NCBI GenBank assembly: GCA_964234715.1
Contig: OZ174281.1
Direction: 5' to 3' (one strand)
DNA: 64,000 nucleotides
Source of the DNA: Podarcis melisellensis
Taxonomy: Eukaryota
Every line of letters begins with the position of its first letter. The first letter of the stretch is position 1. The translations under genes and the position numbers were made by a program. Of this stretch, positions 1-14,885 are shown piece by piece. Below the pieces are notes generated by a model. It worked only from the letters and a program-made list of their open reading frames with translations. It ran no database searches and was not told the DNA's origin.

Positions 1-438
1 CAGATGTGTTTCCAAGGCAACTTACTAAAGATACTTAGAAATCTAAAGATAGATATAATAATGTCAGTAGCTAAATAATATTGTTCATCTTGGCCTTTTT
101 CTCTTTAACAAATGTGAAATATTTAAGATAGATTCAGAAGCCTTCTAACTATTGCTGTTTTGGGCAGTTTATTGCAGAGTTAGTTCATGTTAGAGCAAAG
201 TGATAAAGGAATACACAGTGAGATGCACAGGGAAAGGAAGTTCCCTGTTGGCAGGCAGGATTGACTTGTTTGGCCATCCCATTTTCTCAGCCATATAACT
301 TGATTCAAAATTCTCTCCCAGGTTTTATGTTCTGGACAAACAGCTCACTTTGCTGCAAGGAATGTTTGTGGCCAAGGGTTGAGATGGATTACTTTTTTAA
401 GTAGCAAACCTGTTTAAGGCATGAGCCTAAGCACATTT

Positions 439-792
439 AAAGGAAAAGGTACCCTTGACTGTTAGGTCAGTCGCGGACAACTCTGGGGTTGTGGCACTCA
501 TCTCGCTCTATAGGCCAAGGAGCCAGCGTTTGTCCGTAGACAGCTTCCGGGTCATGTGGCCAGCATGACTAAGCTGCTTCTGGCGAACCAGAGCAGCGCA
601 CGGAAACGCCATTTACCTTCTTGCCGGAGCGGTACCTATTTATTTATTTACTTGCACTTTGTCATGCTTTCAAACTGTTAGGATGGCAGGAGCAGGGACC
701 AAGCAATGGGAGCTCACCCCATCACGGGGATTTGAACCGCCGACCTTCTGATCGGCAAGCCCTAGGTTCTGTGGTTTAGACCACAGCGCCAC
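439..792 (-). mobile_element. Sauria SINE (near full length)
   Basis: tRNA-derived head with B box GGTTCAAATCC on the minus strand, body GGTCATGTGGCCAGCATGACT, (ACCTTT)n-type tail. Confidence 0.9.
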
Positions 793-2168
793 TGAACCCT
801 GTGCAACTGATTTCTAAGAAAATGTGCTACTTCATTGAACTGTAGGATTCTCACAAAAGCTGTATGAAGTTAGTTAAGCCTTTTTATGTGGCAGTCAAAG
901 GCAATACTGTTTACTGCGGTTTCATACCTAGACAAATAAATGTTTGAGTGTAAAGTGTTGTTCAGATTTTACGAAAAAGCACAAGCAATTAGTTTTTTTA
1001 CATATGCAAACATAGATATCCTGTATATATTAAGAGGAGAGTTGCATATGGTTGGTGTATTATCATTAGAGTTTTATCAGACATCTGATGCAACGAGAAC
1101 TTTTGAGCAGCATATAAAGGTAGTGCTTGTTTAAAAACAAGTGCCTTAGAACAACCTGTCATGCACAGGGTTTAAATACTTATGTGTGAGAAGGAAGGTT
1201 GTCAGGGTCCCATTGAGGCTGCTATTGCCTTTCTACCAAAAAGCTGATCCCTCTGCACTGTTACTATGCATGGGGGTGGGGGCGACATTCATCTTGCAGA
1301 GGAGGGATTGGCATGGAAGTAAAGTACAAAATACCTTGCCATTTACAACCTTAAACAAATCTTCACTTTGCCTTGTAACTTTCACTAAATTTTGCCAAAA
1401 TAGATATGCTGTGGAGGATCTATGATCAGATCTCCAAATGTTGTGTATTTTCACTTAGAGCTGCTGCTATTATCCCTGCCAATTTGGATCCTGGCCATTG
1501 TTCTGAGGGAGGAGTTAACTCTTTTCTCTCAGTACAATGTGAGAACCTCTTCTGTTGCCACTCTAGCAGCAGTTTTGAAAGGTGATTGGAGTCAGGGAAA
1601 CATCTGTGCTTAAAGCAGTGTCACAGCCCAAATAAAAATCTTAAAGTGCTTGTAGTTGCATCTGAGCAAAAGGAAAATGTGTTGGAAGCTCCAATCACAG
1701 AGTAGTGTGATCCTTCCACAACTGTATCCTACAATATGGCATCAGGAAAGGGGGCTATATGTCTGTTTTAGTGGCATCATAAGCCTTAGAAAAGCAGTCA
1801 TATCCAGCCAGCACTCCAAATTACAATAGCTCTACTATTATGGGAAAGAGAGAGATTTTAGGTTTATCCTCTAAACCAGGAGGGGGGGGGTGTCTAATCT
1901 GTTGCCCTCCAGATCATGTTGAGACTCCACATTCATCATTCCTGATGCTTCATCGCGCTAGCTGGGGCTGTTGGTTCCTGGAGGCCGCAGTTTAGCCACT
2001 GCTGTTGCAAAACTAAAGTGGTTTATTGAGGAGAGACGTATAAGCCTGCAAATGAACAACAGCTTCTCATTTCCTGTAAACTGGAAATAACCTAGCACTT
2101 CTCCCTGCTTGATGTCTGCTCTTCTTTAAAACTTTAACACCACACTTTTATTTCCTGGTAGTCAGCCT

Positions 2169-2182
2169 GTTGCCATAGCAAC
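2169..2182. promoter_or_regulatory. RFX X-box motif in GNAL intron
   Basis: GTTGCCATAGCAAC inside the near-perfect 20-bp palindrome cctGTTGCCATAGCAACagg. Confidence 0.5.
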
Positions 2183-2966
2183 AGGTGTTGGAAATTCAGG
2201 TAATATGAGTCAGGGCTAATCCTGCTAATACGTACATCTTTCCTAGGAGCCTTGTCTTGGTACTTCCCTGTCTTATGCTTGTAGCTGTGCCCTGTATCCC
2301 TTGTGAAAATAAACCTTTTGGTGGATTCACAGGGTTCTTAAATCTAAAAGTAATGCAGGGCACGTTATCTTGTTGATAGGTTACGGGGGGAAATATTTTA
2401 AAACTCAAGTAAAAACATTAACAAGCAATGGTCCACATACAACAAATATAAATAATAGGTGAGCTCTTTCGTTAATCAGAGTAGCCCCATTGAAATCAGT
2501 AGACTTAAGTCTTTCCATTTTAATGGGCTCTACTCAATTTCTTAGTTGGCCAATAAGATGGGTAATCTAACAATAAATATGCATTATGATTTCTTAAAAG
2601 ATTGTATTTTAGAAAGTGACGGTGCTGTACTGTTTCTGCAGAGATACACTAAACAATGCACATCCACAGGGTTGTTATGGTGGTTGCCCAAACTTCTTTG
2701 TTGCATTAGCTTTTTAAAGTTCTGAATATCACCTTTCACATCTTTCTTGACAGGTAATTAATCCAACATTTGGATTGTATAGGCTTTTATTGGGGGCCCT
2801 TGTGCTGTAAAAAGTATTGGATAAATGGTGTTTTGGCTGCAACTTTAACCATGTTTCTTAGATTACCCACCATGTGTACCACAATAATAGTGGGGATGAG
2901 GCAGCTGTTATTGGGTGTTTTAGATATATTAGATTTTCCATGGTTAACAGCTGTGTTTTCTTTCAG

Positions 2967-3021
2967 CTTTCTAGAAAGAATAGACAGTGTCAGTCTGATT
3001 GATTACACACCCACAGATCAG
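2967..3021 (+). CDS. GNAL: G-alpha-olf exon (FLERIDSVSLIDYTPTDQ)
   Basis: tttcag| ... CAG|gtgagt, 55 bp. Confidence 0.95.
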
Positions 3022-4148
3022 GTGAGTAAAGTGGGAAACAACTGGCTGTGAACTGTAAGTCATCTTCATATTTTTTTATTAAAAAAATGTGTCCAGTGGT
3101 GTCCATCTGCTGAGAGAATAAAACGTGTCAGTGGAACAGGAATGCAGTGTCTGGTATTTCCCTTGCATGCTCTATGCCACTGAAACCTGCTCCAGAAGAG
3201 ACTTCAAAAAATTGCCTCCGTCCCTGTTCTACTGGTAGATTTGTTTCATGTGTGCACAGACAGCACTGGATGCAACCCATAGTATTTAATTTTAAATATA
3301 CTAATTTTAAACCGTTTGGTGGGGGGAATGTCTCAGATGAAGGATGAGTTAATTCTGTCATGTTTGCTTCCTTAAAATTCAGAGATCACAATCACAGAAA
3401 GAACGTAGATCATTTGTTGAATTGTTCTAGTCCTTCATCCACGACTGGTGAATTTAGTTTTTGTGAACAACAGGGGCTTTAACTTTTTCCCTTTCATGCC
3501 ACGTGGCAGACTGCTTTTGAACTGTGGGCGGGGGAGGGAGGAGAGACATTAAAAACAATTTGTTGTATTACGGGGTGGAGGCAGTCATTCAAAGAACAAA
3601 AGTAAAATAGTTCCACCTTGCTTGATTCTAAGCAGGTCTTCAGATCCTGGCCAGTATCAAAAAGTAAATATCACCCGACTCCTTGTTTGCATTTCCTGAT
3701 GCCCAAGAAGCAAAACACATCAGCCCTTTTCACTGCTGATTGTGAGGCACGTGCCATCCTGGTGTCTGGCATAGACACAAAGGCACGCCTTTTCAGAGGG
3801 AATTTAGCCAGGTATGGTAAGAACTGTGCAGTTTGAGAAGTTACTGAGAAGAGAGAGCCAGCTGACGAAACAGTTGTGTCAATTCACATTGTGCATCAGT
3901 TGCCCTGAAATGTTGATATATATCAGTTAAAATTGTATAGTCCGGGGTAGACAATGTGATGCCTCCCAGATGTTGTGGGCAACAACTCCCACCAGACCCA
4001 GCAGAATGGCCAAGAGTCAGGGGGTGATGAGGGCTGTCATTCAAAACATCTGGAAGAACTACGTTGGCTACTCCTGTACTCCTAGTATAAACAAGTGTAT
4101 TTTTAAACCAAAAAACTACATACTTCTGATTCTGTTTTTCCTTTCCAG

Positions 4149-4222
4149 GATCTCTTGAGGTGCAGGGTTTTGACATCAGGGATTTTTGAGACAAGATTCC
4201 AAGTAGATAAAGTAAACTTTCA
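4149..4222 (+). CDS. GNAL: G-alpha-olf exon ([25 protein letters not shown]; switch I)
   Basis: ttccag| ... CA|gtgagt, 74 bp. Confidence 0.95.
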
Positions 4223-4896
4223 GTGAGTACACTAGTACTGTAGTAATCTGTAATTTTTGTCATTATGGTAAAGTAGAGGTGACCAAATTGACTTTAAAAA
4301 AATTATAGAACCTTTTTTTTTTTCAAATAACCTTGTGGGCTGCAGCAGGATTGCACAAGAGAAGAGCAAAACTTGAAACATATACAACAGCTCCATTTGT
4401 TGCACAAGCCATTGCTGATTATTTACTTCTTTCGGGAAATTATGGTCCTTGAACTTTCAAATTTCAGATGAGGTCTTTCCAAGGCTTTATATAATGATAA
4501 TGAAAGAGTGGAAGTGTTATTTCACGAGCCCTAATTCAAATAGCACATTAAAATCCCTGGGTTTTGAATTTTTATATTTGATACCTCCGAAAGCAATGAT
4601 AGCTACTACAAAGAGAAATTTAATTAACAACTAGGCTATGTTTGCTGTTAATACTTTTTTCTAGTCTGACTGCAGCAATGAAACATTTCCAATGAACCAT
4701 TTTAATACTTTTACCCATTTGAAATTTTTGGTATATTCTGGAATGTTCTTAGGCCTAAAATATATGCTGCCTCTCAAAATGATTACATTCTAAACAGTGC
4801 TTATAAAACTCTAGTAAACCTGAATAACTTTCTCAGCCTTGTAAAAGTATTGTAGGAATGTCAAGTTAATTCCTTCTGTCCTATGAATCACTAGAG

Positions 4897-5032
4897 CAGG
4901 CACAGGCAAACTCGGCCCTCCAGATGTTTTGGGACTGCAATTCCCCTCATCCCTGACCACTGGTCCTATTAGCTAGGGATGATGGGAGTTGTAGTCCCAA
5001 AACATCTGGAGGGCTGAGTTTGCCTGTGCCTG
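4897..5032. mobile_element. hAT-type palindromic MITE
   Basis: Long TIRs CAGGCACAGGCAAACTC...CCCTCCAGATGTTTTGGGACT and reverse complement; degenerate 8-bp TSD ending TAGAG. Confidence 0.8.
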
Positions 5033-5302
5033 AGATAGAGGATGCTTGCCCTTTTTCTCAGTAGACTTGTTTGTCCCACTTTCTTGTTGCATCTTGGGTC
5101 TTGCCTTTGAGACATGTTTGTAAATTTGCACTCTCAGACAGACTCCCCCCCCCCCTTTTCACAACTGATCTGTGTTTCCCCAACTATCTGTTAGTATATA
5201 AATGAAACATTTTCGGGAAGCTCTGAGGTAATGTCCCTTTTTTCATGCAATAAATACTGCCATTTCATTTGGAAGTTTAACAACATAGCATGCAAAGTGT
5301 AA

Positions 5303-5413
<111 letters not shown>

Positions 5414-5646
5414 TAATATATTCACATTACATGTTCTAAGAATGTTTCCAGCCCCCTTATTTTATGTTGTAAGTGGACATAATTTAGGTTGATCTGAGTT
5501 TCTAAACCTTCAGAAATCTTTACCATTTTGTCTGTATATCCTAGATTACATTTATATAAATACCATCATAAAACATGTTTATTTACTGTGGCAATGAATG
5601 CAACACAGTAAAAATCTTATTCTCTGGGTGTTCTGTTCTCCTCTAG

Positions 5647-5767
5647 ATGTCACAGCTATTATCTTTGTCGTGGCCTGTAGCAGCTACAACATGGTCATAA
5701 GGGAAGACAACAACACAAACAGATTACGGGAGTCCCTGGACCTCTTCAAAAGTATCTGGAACAACAG
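5647..5767 (+). CDS. GNAL: G-alpha-olf exon ([41 protein letters not shown])
   Basis: ctctag| ... AG|gtaaaa, 121 bp. Confidence 0.95.
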
Positions 5768-6113
5768 GTAAAATTCCCATACAACAGAGCAACTATATTG
5801 GGAAGGGGGAACAGTATGTAGCATTTCTAGCTCTCCATCCTCTGCTGCCACCAGGTAAGCACTGGCACACTGGCCTGGGATGGGATACGCAGAGAGTGAA
5901 GATCACTTTCTGTGCTCCCCATCCCCCACCACCACTGGGTGCAGCAGGCGGGGGCAGGACACATCATGTGATGCCAGGCCCCTTCAATGGGGGGCAAGTC
6001 GCCCCGCCCCTGCTTCCAAGCTTCCTTGCCTTGCTTCTGCGTTGCCAGAAGCAACTGGCTGGCTGCTGTTGGAAATTAGGACACTGAATGATGTTTGTAT
6101 GAGATTATTCTAA

Positions 6114-6290
<177 letters not shown>

Positions 6291-8021
6291 TAGCTAGGGT
6301 AATCTTTGGTTTCCTTTAAGGTCATGCATAAATTCCTTAAATAACATATATATCAAAGTAAATATATCAACGCAGAAGTTAATATATATTTTGTTCCAAG
6401 TAACACTAATAAACCTTTAGACAACCAATAGGCTGGGTTAGTTCAGATGGAAGTGTGGCCTTGCTTGGCAGTCACCTAAGAGAGGAAAACCAGCAGGGAA
6501 GGAGGAAAGAGTGGTGAAAACGTCCAGCAATTGGGCTGAGCTGCAAACCATCCTCAGGATTGGTGGGATGTCAGTAGCACCCACTACTTCTGCCGCAGCA
6601 GGTCTGAGCAGAAGATCTGACAAAATACGCCAGTCCCCTCTGCTGCTCTGACATGGTCATGACAGAAGCAATTAACAGCTGCTGCCTCAGACAACCTTTT
6701 TGGCAAACTCCTTCCTCTTCCGAAACTTGGAGAGCTCAGAAAGGTAGTTCTTTCCTGACTTCGCATGCAGTTTCAGAGGGCCATAGTTCTGTAGTGCAAA
6801 AGGTTCCAGATTCAATCACTAATATCTCAAGGTAGGACTAGAAAAACTCCTCTGTCTGAAGCTTTGGATAACTGCTGCCTGTCAACGAAGACAATACTGA
6901 CAGGGACAAATAGTAGCTTCCCATGTCCCCACATTTCAGAATGCCTCTGCAGGTCAGTACGATATCAGAAACAAGGCCCAGCACCTCCCTCAGAGGTGGG
7001 GTGGGGCCACTGGCAGGCACAAATTTTGGCTGACTATCAAGATCAGATTTGTAGATCCCTGCCCTTGTGGTGCCTTGCTAACAATCCTCTACTCTGCCAC
7101 ATTATCTTAATCACTGTTCCTTCAGAGCCCTTCTATAGTCTCCCTTTGCCTCAGTAAGTTTTTTTCTCTCATTTTCCACCTAATTTTTGTTCATATTTAT
7201 CTTTCTCAGTCCCTTGCCCGCTTTTCACTCTTTCATTAGCCTTCTTGCTTCTGGACTTTCTGCCCTTTGGGTTTCTTAATTTCCAGATTCTTTTCCCAAA
7301 CTGCACCAGACAAAGTAACAAATACTCAAGAGCAGCTAAACTGAAAACTGCTTAGCTCCTTGAACTACTGAGCATTCCATGTGACTACACCAGATGAGAA
7401 TCATGTATGAAGGTTTCATTGCCACAACTAAAATGTACATAGCCTGGGAGCAAATCCTCTATCTTGTTTAAATGTTAATGCGTTCTGTGTATTATTCTTC
7501 CTATTTCAGACAACTGTTGCTTTGTTGAGCAATTCCTTTCTTCCAGCTCCTCACCATATTGCGTCGTGTTAGGGCACTTCCCCAACAAACCCACCTTGAT
7601 GCCAAGCCCTCCTACCCTGTTCACAACCACCCTAAAGGCTGCCTGCTTCCTCCTCCTCCTCAGCAGGGAGGAAACCAATACAAAGGTCTCTACCTGCCCT
7701 TGGCTCTGGTTCCACCTACTGTTGGCCTCCCTGCATTATGCCCTACTAGCCCAATGAGCACCAGTCACCACTGGTTAGACGGTAATCAAGAGAGCATTTG
7801 CCCACATGGGAATATTTTAGCTGATGTATATTACAATGATGAAAGTACAAAAGTTGTAGATAATGATGTACCTAAATGTTACTATTGCAAGGAATGTTGC
7901 TTGTTCAGGGACTTCTGGGGATTAAGTGTGTGAAATGAGGTTAGTTTTATTTAAGTTAATAAATGTTCTTACATTTGACAGTATTAGCCATAAAATTGTA
8001 CTGAGACATAAAAGGCAGTAA

Positions 8022-8216
<195 letters not shown>

Positions 8217-8575
8217 TAATTTACTGTCGATAAGCTCATTTGACCAGAAAGGAGTTTTAGTATAATCTTTGAACATTATAGAAAATGCGTAACAGCTTGA
8301 AATCCAGCTGTTATTTAATTATTAATCAACAATGTCCCCGTTTTATAAATCAGGAAAACATGCCTGGTCACCTGTCTAGTGCGTAGAATTATTTTGTCTT
8401 CTATCTGGTATTCCTTTTAGAATGACTTGCCTTTCACCTCCAGCCCATTTGTGTGAACCAGATAACTAAGATTAATTCGTGTAACCTTCTGGTTTTAGAC
8501 TGGACACACACGCACACTTTGCCATCTCCAGGTCTGCCTTCCACTTCTCAAAGCAGCACTTTGTTGTGTTGATAG

Positions 8576-8791
<216 letters not shown>

Positions 8792-11700
8792 TTGAGAACA
8801 CCATGGAGCCTGTGGTTTTAAACATCATCTTTTTTTCCGACTTCTTCATGTGAAGTAAGAGGGAGATGCTATATAGATACACGTCTGCCTCCTCAGTTTG
8901 TTTACTTTGATTAGCCTTTCAACCCAGTTCATGCTTTATGGGACGATGTGTGTGCTTTATTTTTATATGCCACTTCTGTGTCATTCCACTAAGGCCTTTG
9001 GCTACCTCTGTTTCCTTAGGTTTGGTTGCATTTTTGTTTTGTTTTTAATTGGACATAGCCTGCTAGTTGTTTTTCCCCCCCAGCAGGTTTGTTCAAGCTG
9101 GTATCTGCTAGTTGGGCGACACCATGTCATACTTGCAGTGTGCATGGGTTTCCTTTCTACCGTGACGCTGAAGAGTACTTGATAGATTGGGTGGGGGGAG
9201 AATAATGCACTTTGTTTTAGGGTTGTGAAATACTGTTGAGGAGATATACACGCGTGATGTAGCAGCACCACAATATTAGTCACAGTTTTTAACATAACTG
9301 AGTTGCAGGTCAGCTGACAAAGGTGACCACCTCTTCTAAGCCATTATTGGCACAGGAAATAGACTAGATAGTGAGGCACAGGGAAGATGAGCAATTTTTC
9401 TGGAGGTTTGGAGCCAAGAGTCTCTACACACCTCAGGCATTTGAATTCAGAGCTACTTTTTCAGACTACTTGCATCTAGGCAGAAAATTCACCCTCACTT
9501 TTGTTTCTTCTGTCCACAAATGATCCAACTACTTTAGATCATTTTTGGACAACAGTCTTCTCCCTATATATATATAATATATATAATATATATATTATTT
9601 TTGTTTTACTGCTGGTTTATTATTATATTGTACAGACTGTAAAGTGTAATATTATTTTGTACAATTTTATTGAAGATAAATACTTGTAGAAGATCTTTGT
9701 GCCTTGATTATGGCTGTACCTGTAAAACAAGCTAAGATGTAAGTATGTTTTTGATTGCGCTGTACAGCTTGATGTCAACTTTACCTGCAGCAGTGACTGA
9801 AGGTAAAAAACTTCTCTGTAGAGTTTAGGGTTTTTCTGGTTTATATAAAAACAAATGCTCTTTAGTATAAAAATATATAAATTATGCAAATTTTAGTCAT
9901 ATACCTTTGAAAGTAAGTTATTACTGCCACCAGATGTTGCAGCAAATATGCCTTTCTCAGTCTTAGCTTTAAAACACTGAAATTGATTCAAGTGTCCAAA
10001 TTGCAACCTGGTGTTTTCATGGAAACCAAGGATTTTGTTTTACCTTTAAAAAAAACCTATGTTCAGTAATTCTTTGGTCATTCATAGCCAATTTCACAAT
10101 TGCAGATTGTGAATGTGTAGAAGCACCATTAGATAAAGGCTCTTCAATCTCTGTTGCAACAGCCGCTTTCATTGTGCAAATTGGAAGAAAGAAGAAAAGG
10201 TTTAACCCTTGTGTCTGGCCTAAGAGAATTACAAGATGACAATTTTATTTCTCTTAATAAAGAGACCTTAGAAAATGGTTTTATTTTAAATATTGTAGAA
10301 TCACAATGTGTGGATATTTCTCAAACTTGAATAATTTATGCAAATGACATTCACAAAATAAGTTGTGGTACAGTATAATATAAAAGCAAGAATTGCAGTA
10401 GCAATAAGGCATGTCCTTCTCAGTACTATAACACTGCTTTTATATTTTATACATAGGTGTTATGTCGGAGTACATAGTTTCCTGTGTCCAAGGTAACCTG
10501 TACAAACGTTTAAAATTTGTAATTGCAATAACAAAATTTAGAAGTGTTAGCCTACATACCTTCATAGATTATGTAACTCTTGGATTATCTTCATCCTTTG
10601 CTTTAAATTTAAAGGCAAATTACTCTTTGAAATATTTTCAACCACCCAATGTGAATCAATTCTTAAAGGAGGATAGCATGTTTGTTATTTATGTAAGCCC
10701 AGACGTTTTTCCCTGACAACTGGGCAGACATGTTGTGGTTGTAACTCTGCAGAGGGGGTCACATTAGTAATCTTTCTAGGTACTGTATTTTCTAAGATCC
10801 TTTTCAACACTTTAGTTCCACTCTGAAACTGCTAGTTGGATATATTTTAATGATTTTTCAATAATGCTAACCATGCATGTTTCCAAAACGTTAGAAAGAC
10901 ACAAGTGTTTAGAATCAAAATGCAAGATTCTGACAACACCATTTCCCATAAAGCGCATCACTAATACCAAGCATCAGGCCTTTCACTCTTACTGCATTTG
11001 CCCATCATGGTAAACCATAGTTAATAGCTTACCTGTAACCTAAAGATGGCTCCTGCCACAAAGTGAGCAGGAGAAACAAATCACAGTCCTGGCTTAGTGT
11101 AACATGTGGACTTGAGGATTGTGGTTTGTTTCACTATGAACAGACCACAGTTGGTAAGCCAAGAAATAAACCTTGACTTCCCTCTGTGGTTTGGGAGTAA
11201 AATAAACAACAATCCTCAAGTTTACACAGGGGATTGTGGTTTGTTGCTCCCATTCATGCTAGAGGAGAAATTTCTGCATTTACTGTAAATCATTTGCTAT
11301 GGTTTATTGCAATGACGCACTAGGCCTATATATAAAAATATGGGGGTGGGAAGAGAAAGGAGCTGCTTGCCTTCTATTCCAGAGATTAATTTCAGCCAGA
11401 CATCATAGCACGTGCCAGTGGGATACATAATACGTCTACAGATCTAAGAGGGTTGTCCTCAACTTTCAGGCAAGGATTTTGATGATTGGCACATGACTGC
11501 CATCGAAAATTACATCTAACCTAAAACAAGGAGACTTCTCTGAGGCCAGTAAGCTACTTCTCCCAATAGCCCTTTTTTGTAATATCTTATTGTAAAATAA
11601 CTCTACATCAAGGAAAAGAAGTACTACACCAGATGGTCTCGCAGCAATAACACTTTAAAATTATTTCCAATTAGAAAGACTGAGCCTCTAAGCAGCATAG

Positions 11701-12020
11701 GACACTAGTGCAGACACAAGAGGAGGCTTGTAGGACTTATAGTGTACAGTTACAAACTTTTAATATACATATTTGATACAAAAACTTTAGCAAGAAAATG
11801 ATTCATTTGATTGTAGAATACAATATTTTTGTACAGCATGAAGCATTCAGTTAACTTACCCTGTAGTATAAGTCATATCAACTGTATAGGACTTTCTGTA
11901 TGTAAAGGCAACCTGCCTTTGGGCTAGCAATTCAAGTACGCATTTGCTGGCATGAATGTAGTCTGATGGACTGTTCTTTAGCTTTGGTGTGTCAGTGACC
12001 GATTACAAGTGTCTGACTCT

Positions 12021-12203
12021 TCATACTGCTTTATATTTAGTGATTAATCGCTGAACAAAATGAAAAGGGGTAACGAGAGGGTGAAAGTGAGCTAGTACGA
12101 GGACCAAAAGCACAGCTCCTGCTGCACAGTAGATAGTAAGAACTGTGTTCTCGAATGGAAGAAAGCACTTAGAGAGAGAGAAGTCGGTTGGTGTTATACT
12201 GCC
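12021..12203 (-). CDS. MPPE1: MPPE1 last coding exon (GSITPTDFSLSKCFLPFE...TM...LITKYKAV*)
   Basis: ctcag| acceptor, TGA stop at 12023-12021; TM helix plus KxKxx ER-retrieval signal. Confidence 0.95.
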   Translation of the reverse strand, partial: GSITPTDFSLSKCFLPFENTVLTIYCAAGAVLLVLVLAHFHPLVTPFHFVQRLITKYKAV

Positions 12204-13479
12204 CTGAGAAAGAAAGGAAAACAGCATTTTATAAGATATGGGGCAAGTGGTTGGGAGCCTGTATGCTTTACAATTATACTAATGGTAGAGTTCAGTTTCT
12301 CTCATAGCATCAGTGCTCTCAACTGTCCTGTGGATAAGAGATGCAGACAGCTTTAAAACCTATGTTAGATATTCCATTTGTTAAGCACTCAGCTGCCTTG
12401 AGACTATTTTGTGCCATTTGAAATATTTTTTTTTTCAGTAAAGAACACAGCAGCTGCTATTTGGCTGGGCAGCTACTCAGACCGCATAGAACCTGACCTG
12501 GGGAATGACTTCCACATAACTATGTAGGATTGCAGGCTAAAGGTGCTTAATTGTGTTGGATGGTGGCCACTAAGTAGGTGACAAAGCATACGAGATAAAG
12601 CCAGATTAATAATACTTGGAGTGTTGGGGGAGGCATAACTGGTCTGCAAGTAATCTAGGCCAACAGTCAGACACCATCTACTCCTCAAACTGCTGAAAAC
12701 ATGATATTCTGAAGTAAACTGGATTATCTGGTAAGTAAACACTCTAAACAAAATTAGGGAGACAACATGCTTTCCAAGTACAACTGTTTTAACACTGTGT
12801 TACTTACTGAGTGAGGAATAACTTTCATCTATGAACTAAAAATTATAACCAATTTGCTTTCCCCCATGCACAAGAGGCTGAAAAAGTAAACTTAGCACAG
12901 AACTGGTTTTTGAAAAGAATAAATATTTAAATGTGTTTTAGAACTGGGAAACTTTTTGTGCTTCAGGTTAATCTATTTAGAGTTGTAATCTAGGATACCC
13001 AAAGTAAGCAAACTGTGAATTAGGTTCATCTGATAGAATTTTGCTGCCCTATGAGATAGTAAGTTTGCACTTTTGAAAGACAGAAGAACCATGCAGAAAA
13101 TATTTGGTCCTGTGGATAAATCAGCTAAGCAAAAACAAGTCTTAATACTGTTTGTTGCAGACTACTGATGATTGTTGCAGTCAAATTGTTTACACTGCAT
13201 CCTCTTTATAGAAACATACTAAATATAGCTTGTATGTAGACATGTTTGTAAAACCTACAAAAAAAATACTTTGCACTATACAAGCAGGATGGCTACGCAA
13301 GTATGTGCTTTATAAAGTGGGTGCTTTGTATTCAACTTAAGTGTACTTTTGGAGAGGATGGGAGGAGCTGTTTTGTTTTGCTTTTTTACAGGTAGCATCA
13401 GTCTGAGAAAATAGCTGATTGCTATGTTGATTTATATTATGAAAAATTATCTGACAAAATAAAAACTATTTAAACTTAC

Positions 13480-13620
13480 CACTATGAAACTAGGATTGTT
13501 TCTGTTCCTCCAACTGAATGACGGAATACTGATTTCTGGGATTTTCCCATTATGCAACACTTCACAGGCACTGTGGGTGTGACCACTCAAAATGAGCCGA
13601 GGATGAAACCACCATAGCAG
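13480..13620 (-). CDS. MPPE1: MPPE1 exon ([47 protein letters not shown])
   Basis: 141 bp, GHTH motif. Confidence 0.95.
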
Positions 13621-14585
13621 CTATGAGAGTAAAACAATGTTGGCATTTTAAAATGTCTGATTTAAGAAAAAGAAAAGTGCCACACAGCTTGATATATTTT
13701 TACTTTGCTTTCAAGTTTCCCCTTCATTTCTTTAAGTCAATGCTAGCACAAGTTTTCACCCACACATGCAGTAAGATGCTCTCAAATAATGCAGGGAACG
13801 ATCACACATACAAGAGCACAGGTGGAGGAAGGAGGTCTGCTCTTACCCTGGGTTCTTGGCTCACTGGGCAAGGCCTAGTAACCAGCATGCAGTTGCAGCA
13901 GCCTGACAACCACTACAGACTACCTGCCCAGCCTTTCTCTGCACCTCAGCTCCAGAGCACAAACCGGTTAAGGATCAAAACATCTACTTTCCTTGGGTTG
14001 GCTCCAGCAATCTCTCCTACCCAGTTCAGTTGGATCCTCTGAACATGATCATCCTCAACTGCATGAGTGGAGGAGGGGGTTGATTAGCTAAGGCAGGACT
14101 TCATGCATGTACCAAATGCACAGCCTGACTCAAGAGCAGACTCATGCAGCCTTCCTGACTGACTCTGAACATAACAGGCTGCACGCTTCTGTGCATACTT
14201 TGCAGAAGCTGCATTATATTTCTAGTAGGCTTATTTGAGTATGCTCATTTATGACCATAAATAGGAATGCCATTAGACAAGGAAAAACAGTTTTATTTTG
14301 ATGGTAGTAAAAAGCCGCCATTACAAACACTATTGTTACAAGAATAGCTCAGAAATCAATGAAATTAAGAATGGATCAAGCAGTGTATGACGGCGGTGGG
14401 GGGGTGGGAGAGAATAAATAAGAAACATGCCATTCTTAAGATTCTTTGACTATCCAAGTGCCCTGTTCACTGATACACACGACATTAAGCAATAATAATA
14501 AAAATTACAATTTGCCAACAAAATAGGCAAGCCTTTCAGGGCAGCTAGTACACATCTTGACAAAGATAGAACACATCCAACATAC

Positions 14586-14708
14586 CTTTTGAGAAGCTTC
14601 TTTTGAAACCACATCGTACTTCTCTTTAAAGATGTAATTCTTTTTATCCAAAGGAGCAGAATCATCTCCTGTACATTTTGCGTCACTTCTTCGATAAAGA
14701 GGATAATG
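14586..14708 (-). CDS. MPPE1: MPPE1 exon ([41 protein letters not shown])
   Basis: 123 bp, tttcag|...AAG|gtatg. Confidence 0.95.
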
Positions 14709-14813
14709 CTGAAAGGGATTAAAACCAAGAAGGAAACAGCACATTAACAAGACCATAATGCATTTACACTAAATAAAAGTGCAAAAATGACCCATTTCCC
14801 AACACAAACACAC

Positions 14814-14885
14814 CTGTAATAGAATTGGAGCTGAAGGTGGGAGCTTGTCTACATCACTGCACCTTTTTCTGGACTGACTTTGTTC
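14814..14885 (-). CDS. MPPE1: MPPE1 exon (EQSQSRKRCSDVDKLPPSAPILLQ)
   Basis: 72 bp, gacag|...CAG|gtgtgt; SAPILLQ conserved. Confidence 0.9.

Noticed and set aside
1-2966. CHMP1B retrogene, nested in a GNAL intron in mammals
   Set aside because: No CHMP1-like ORF is visible here; the relevant intron may lie outside the window, so absence cannot be concluded.
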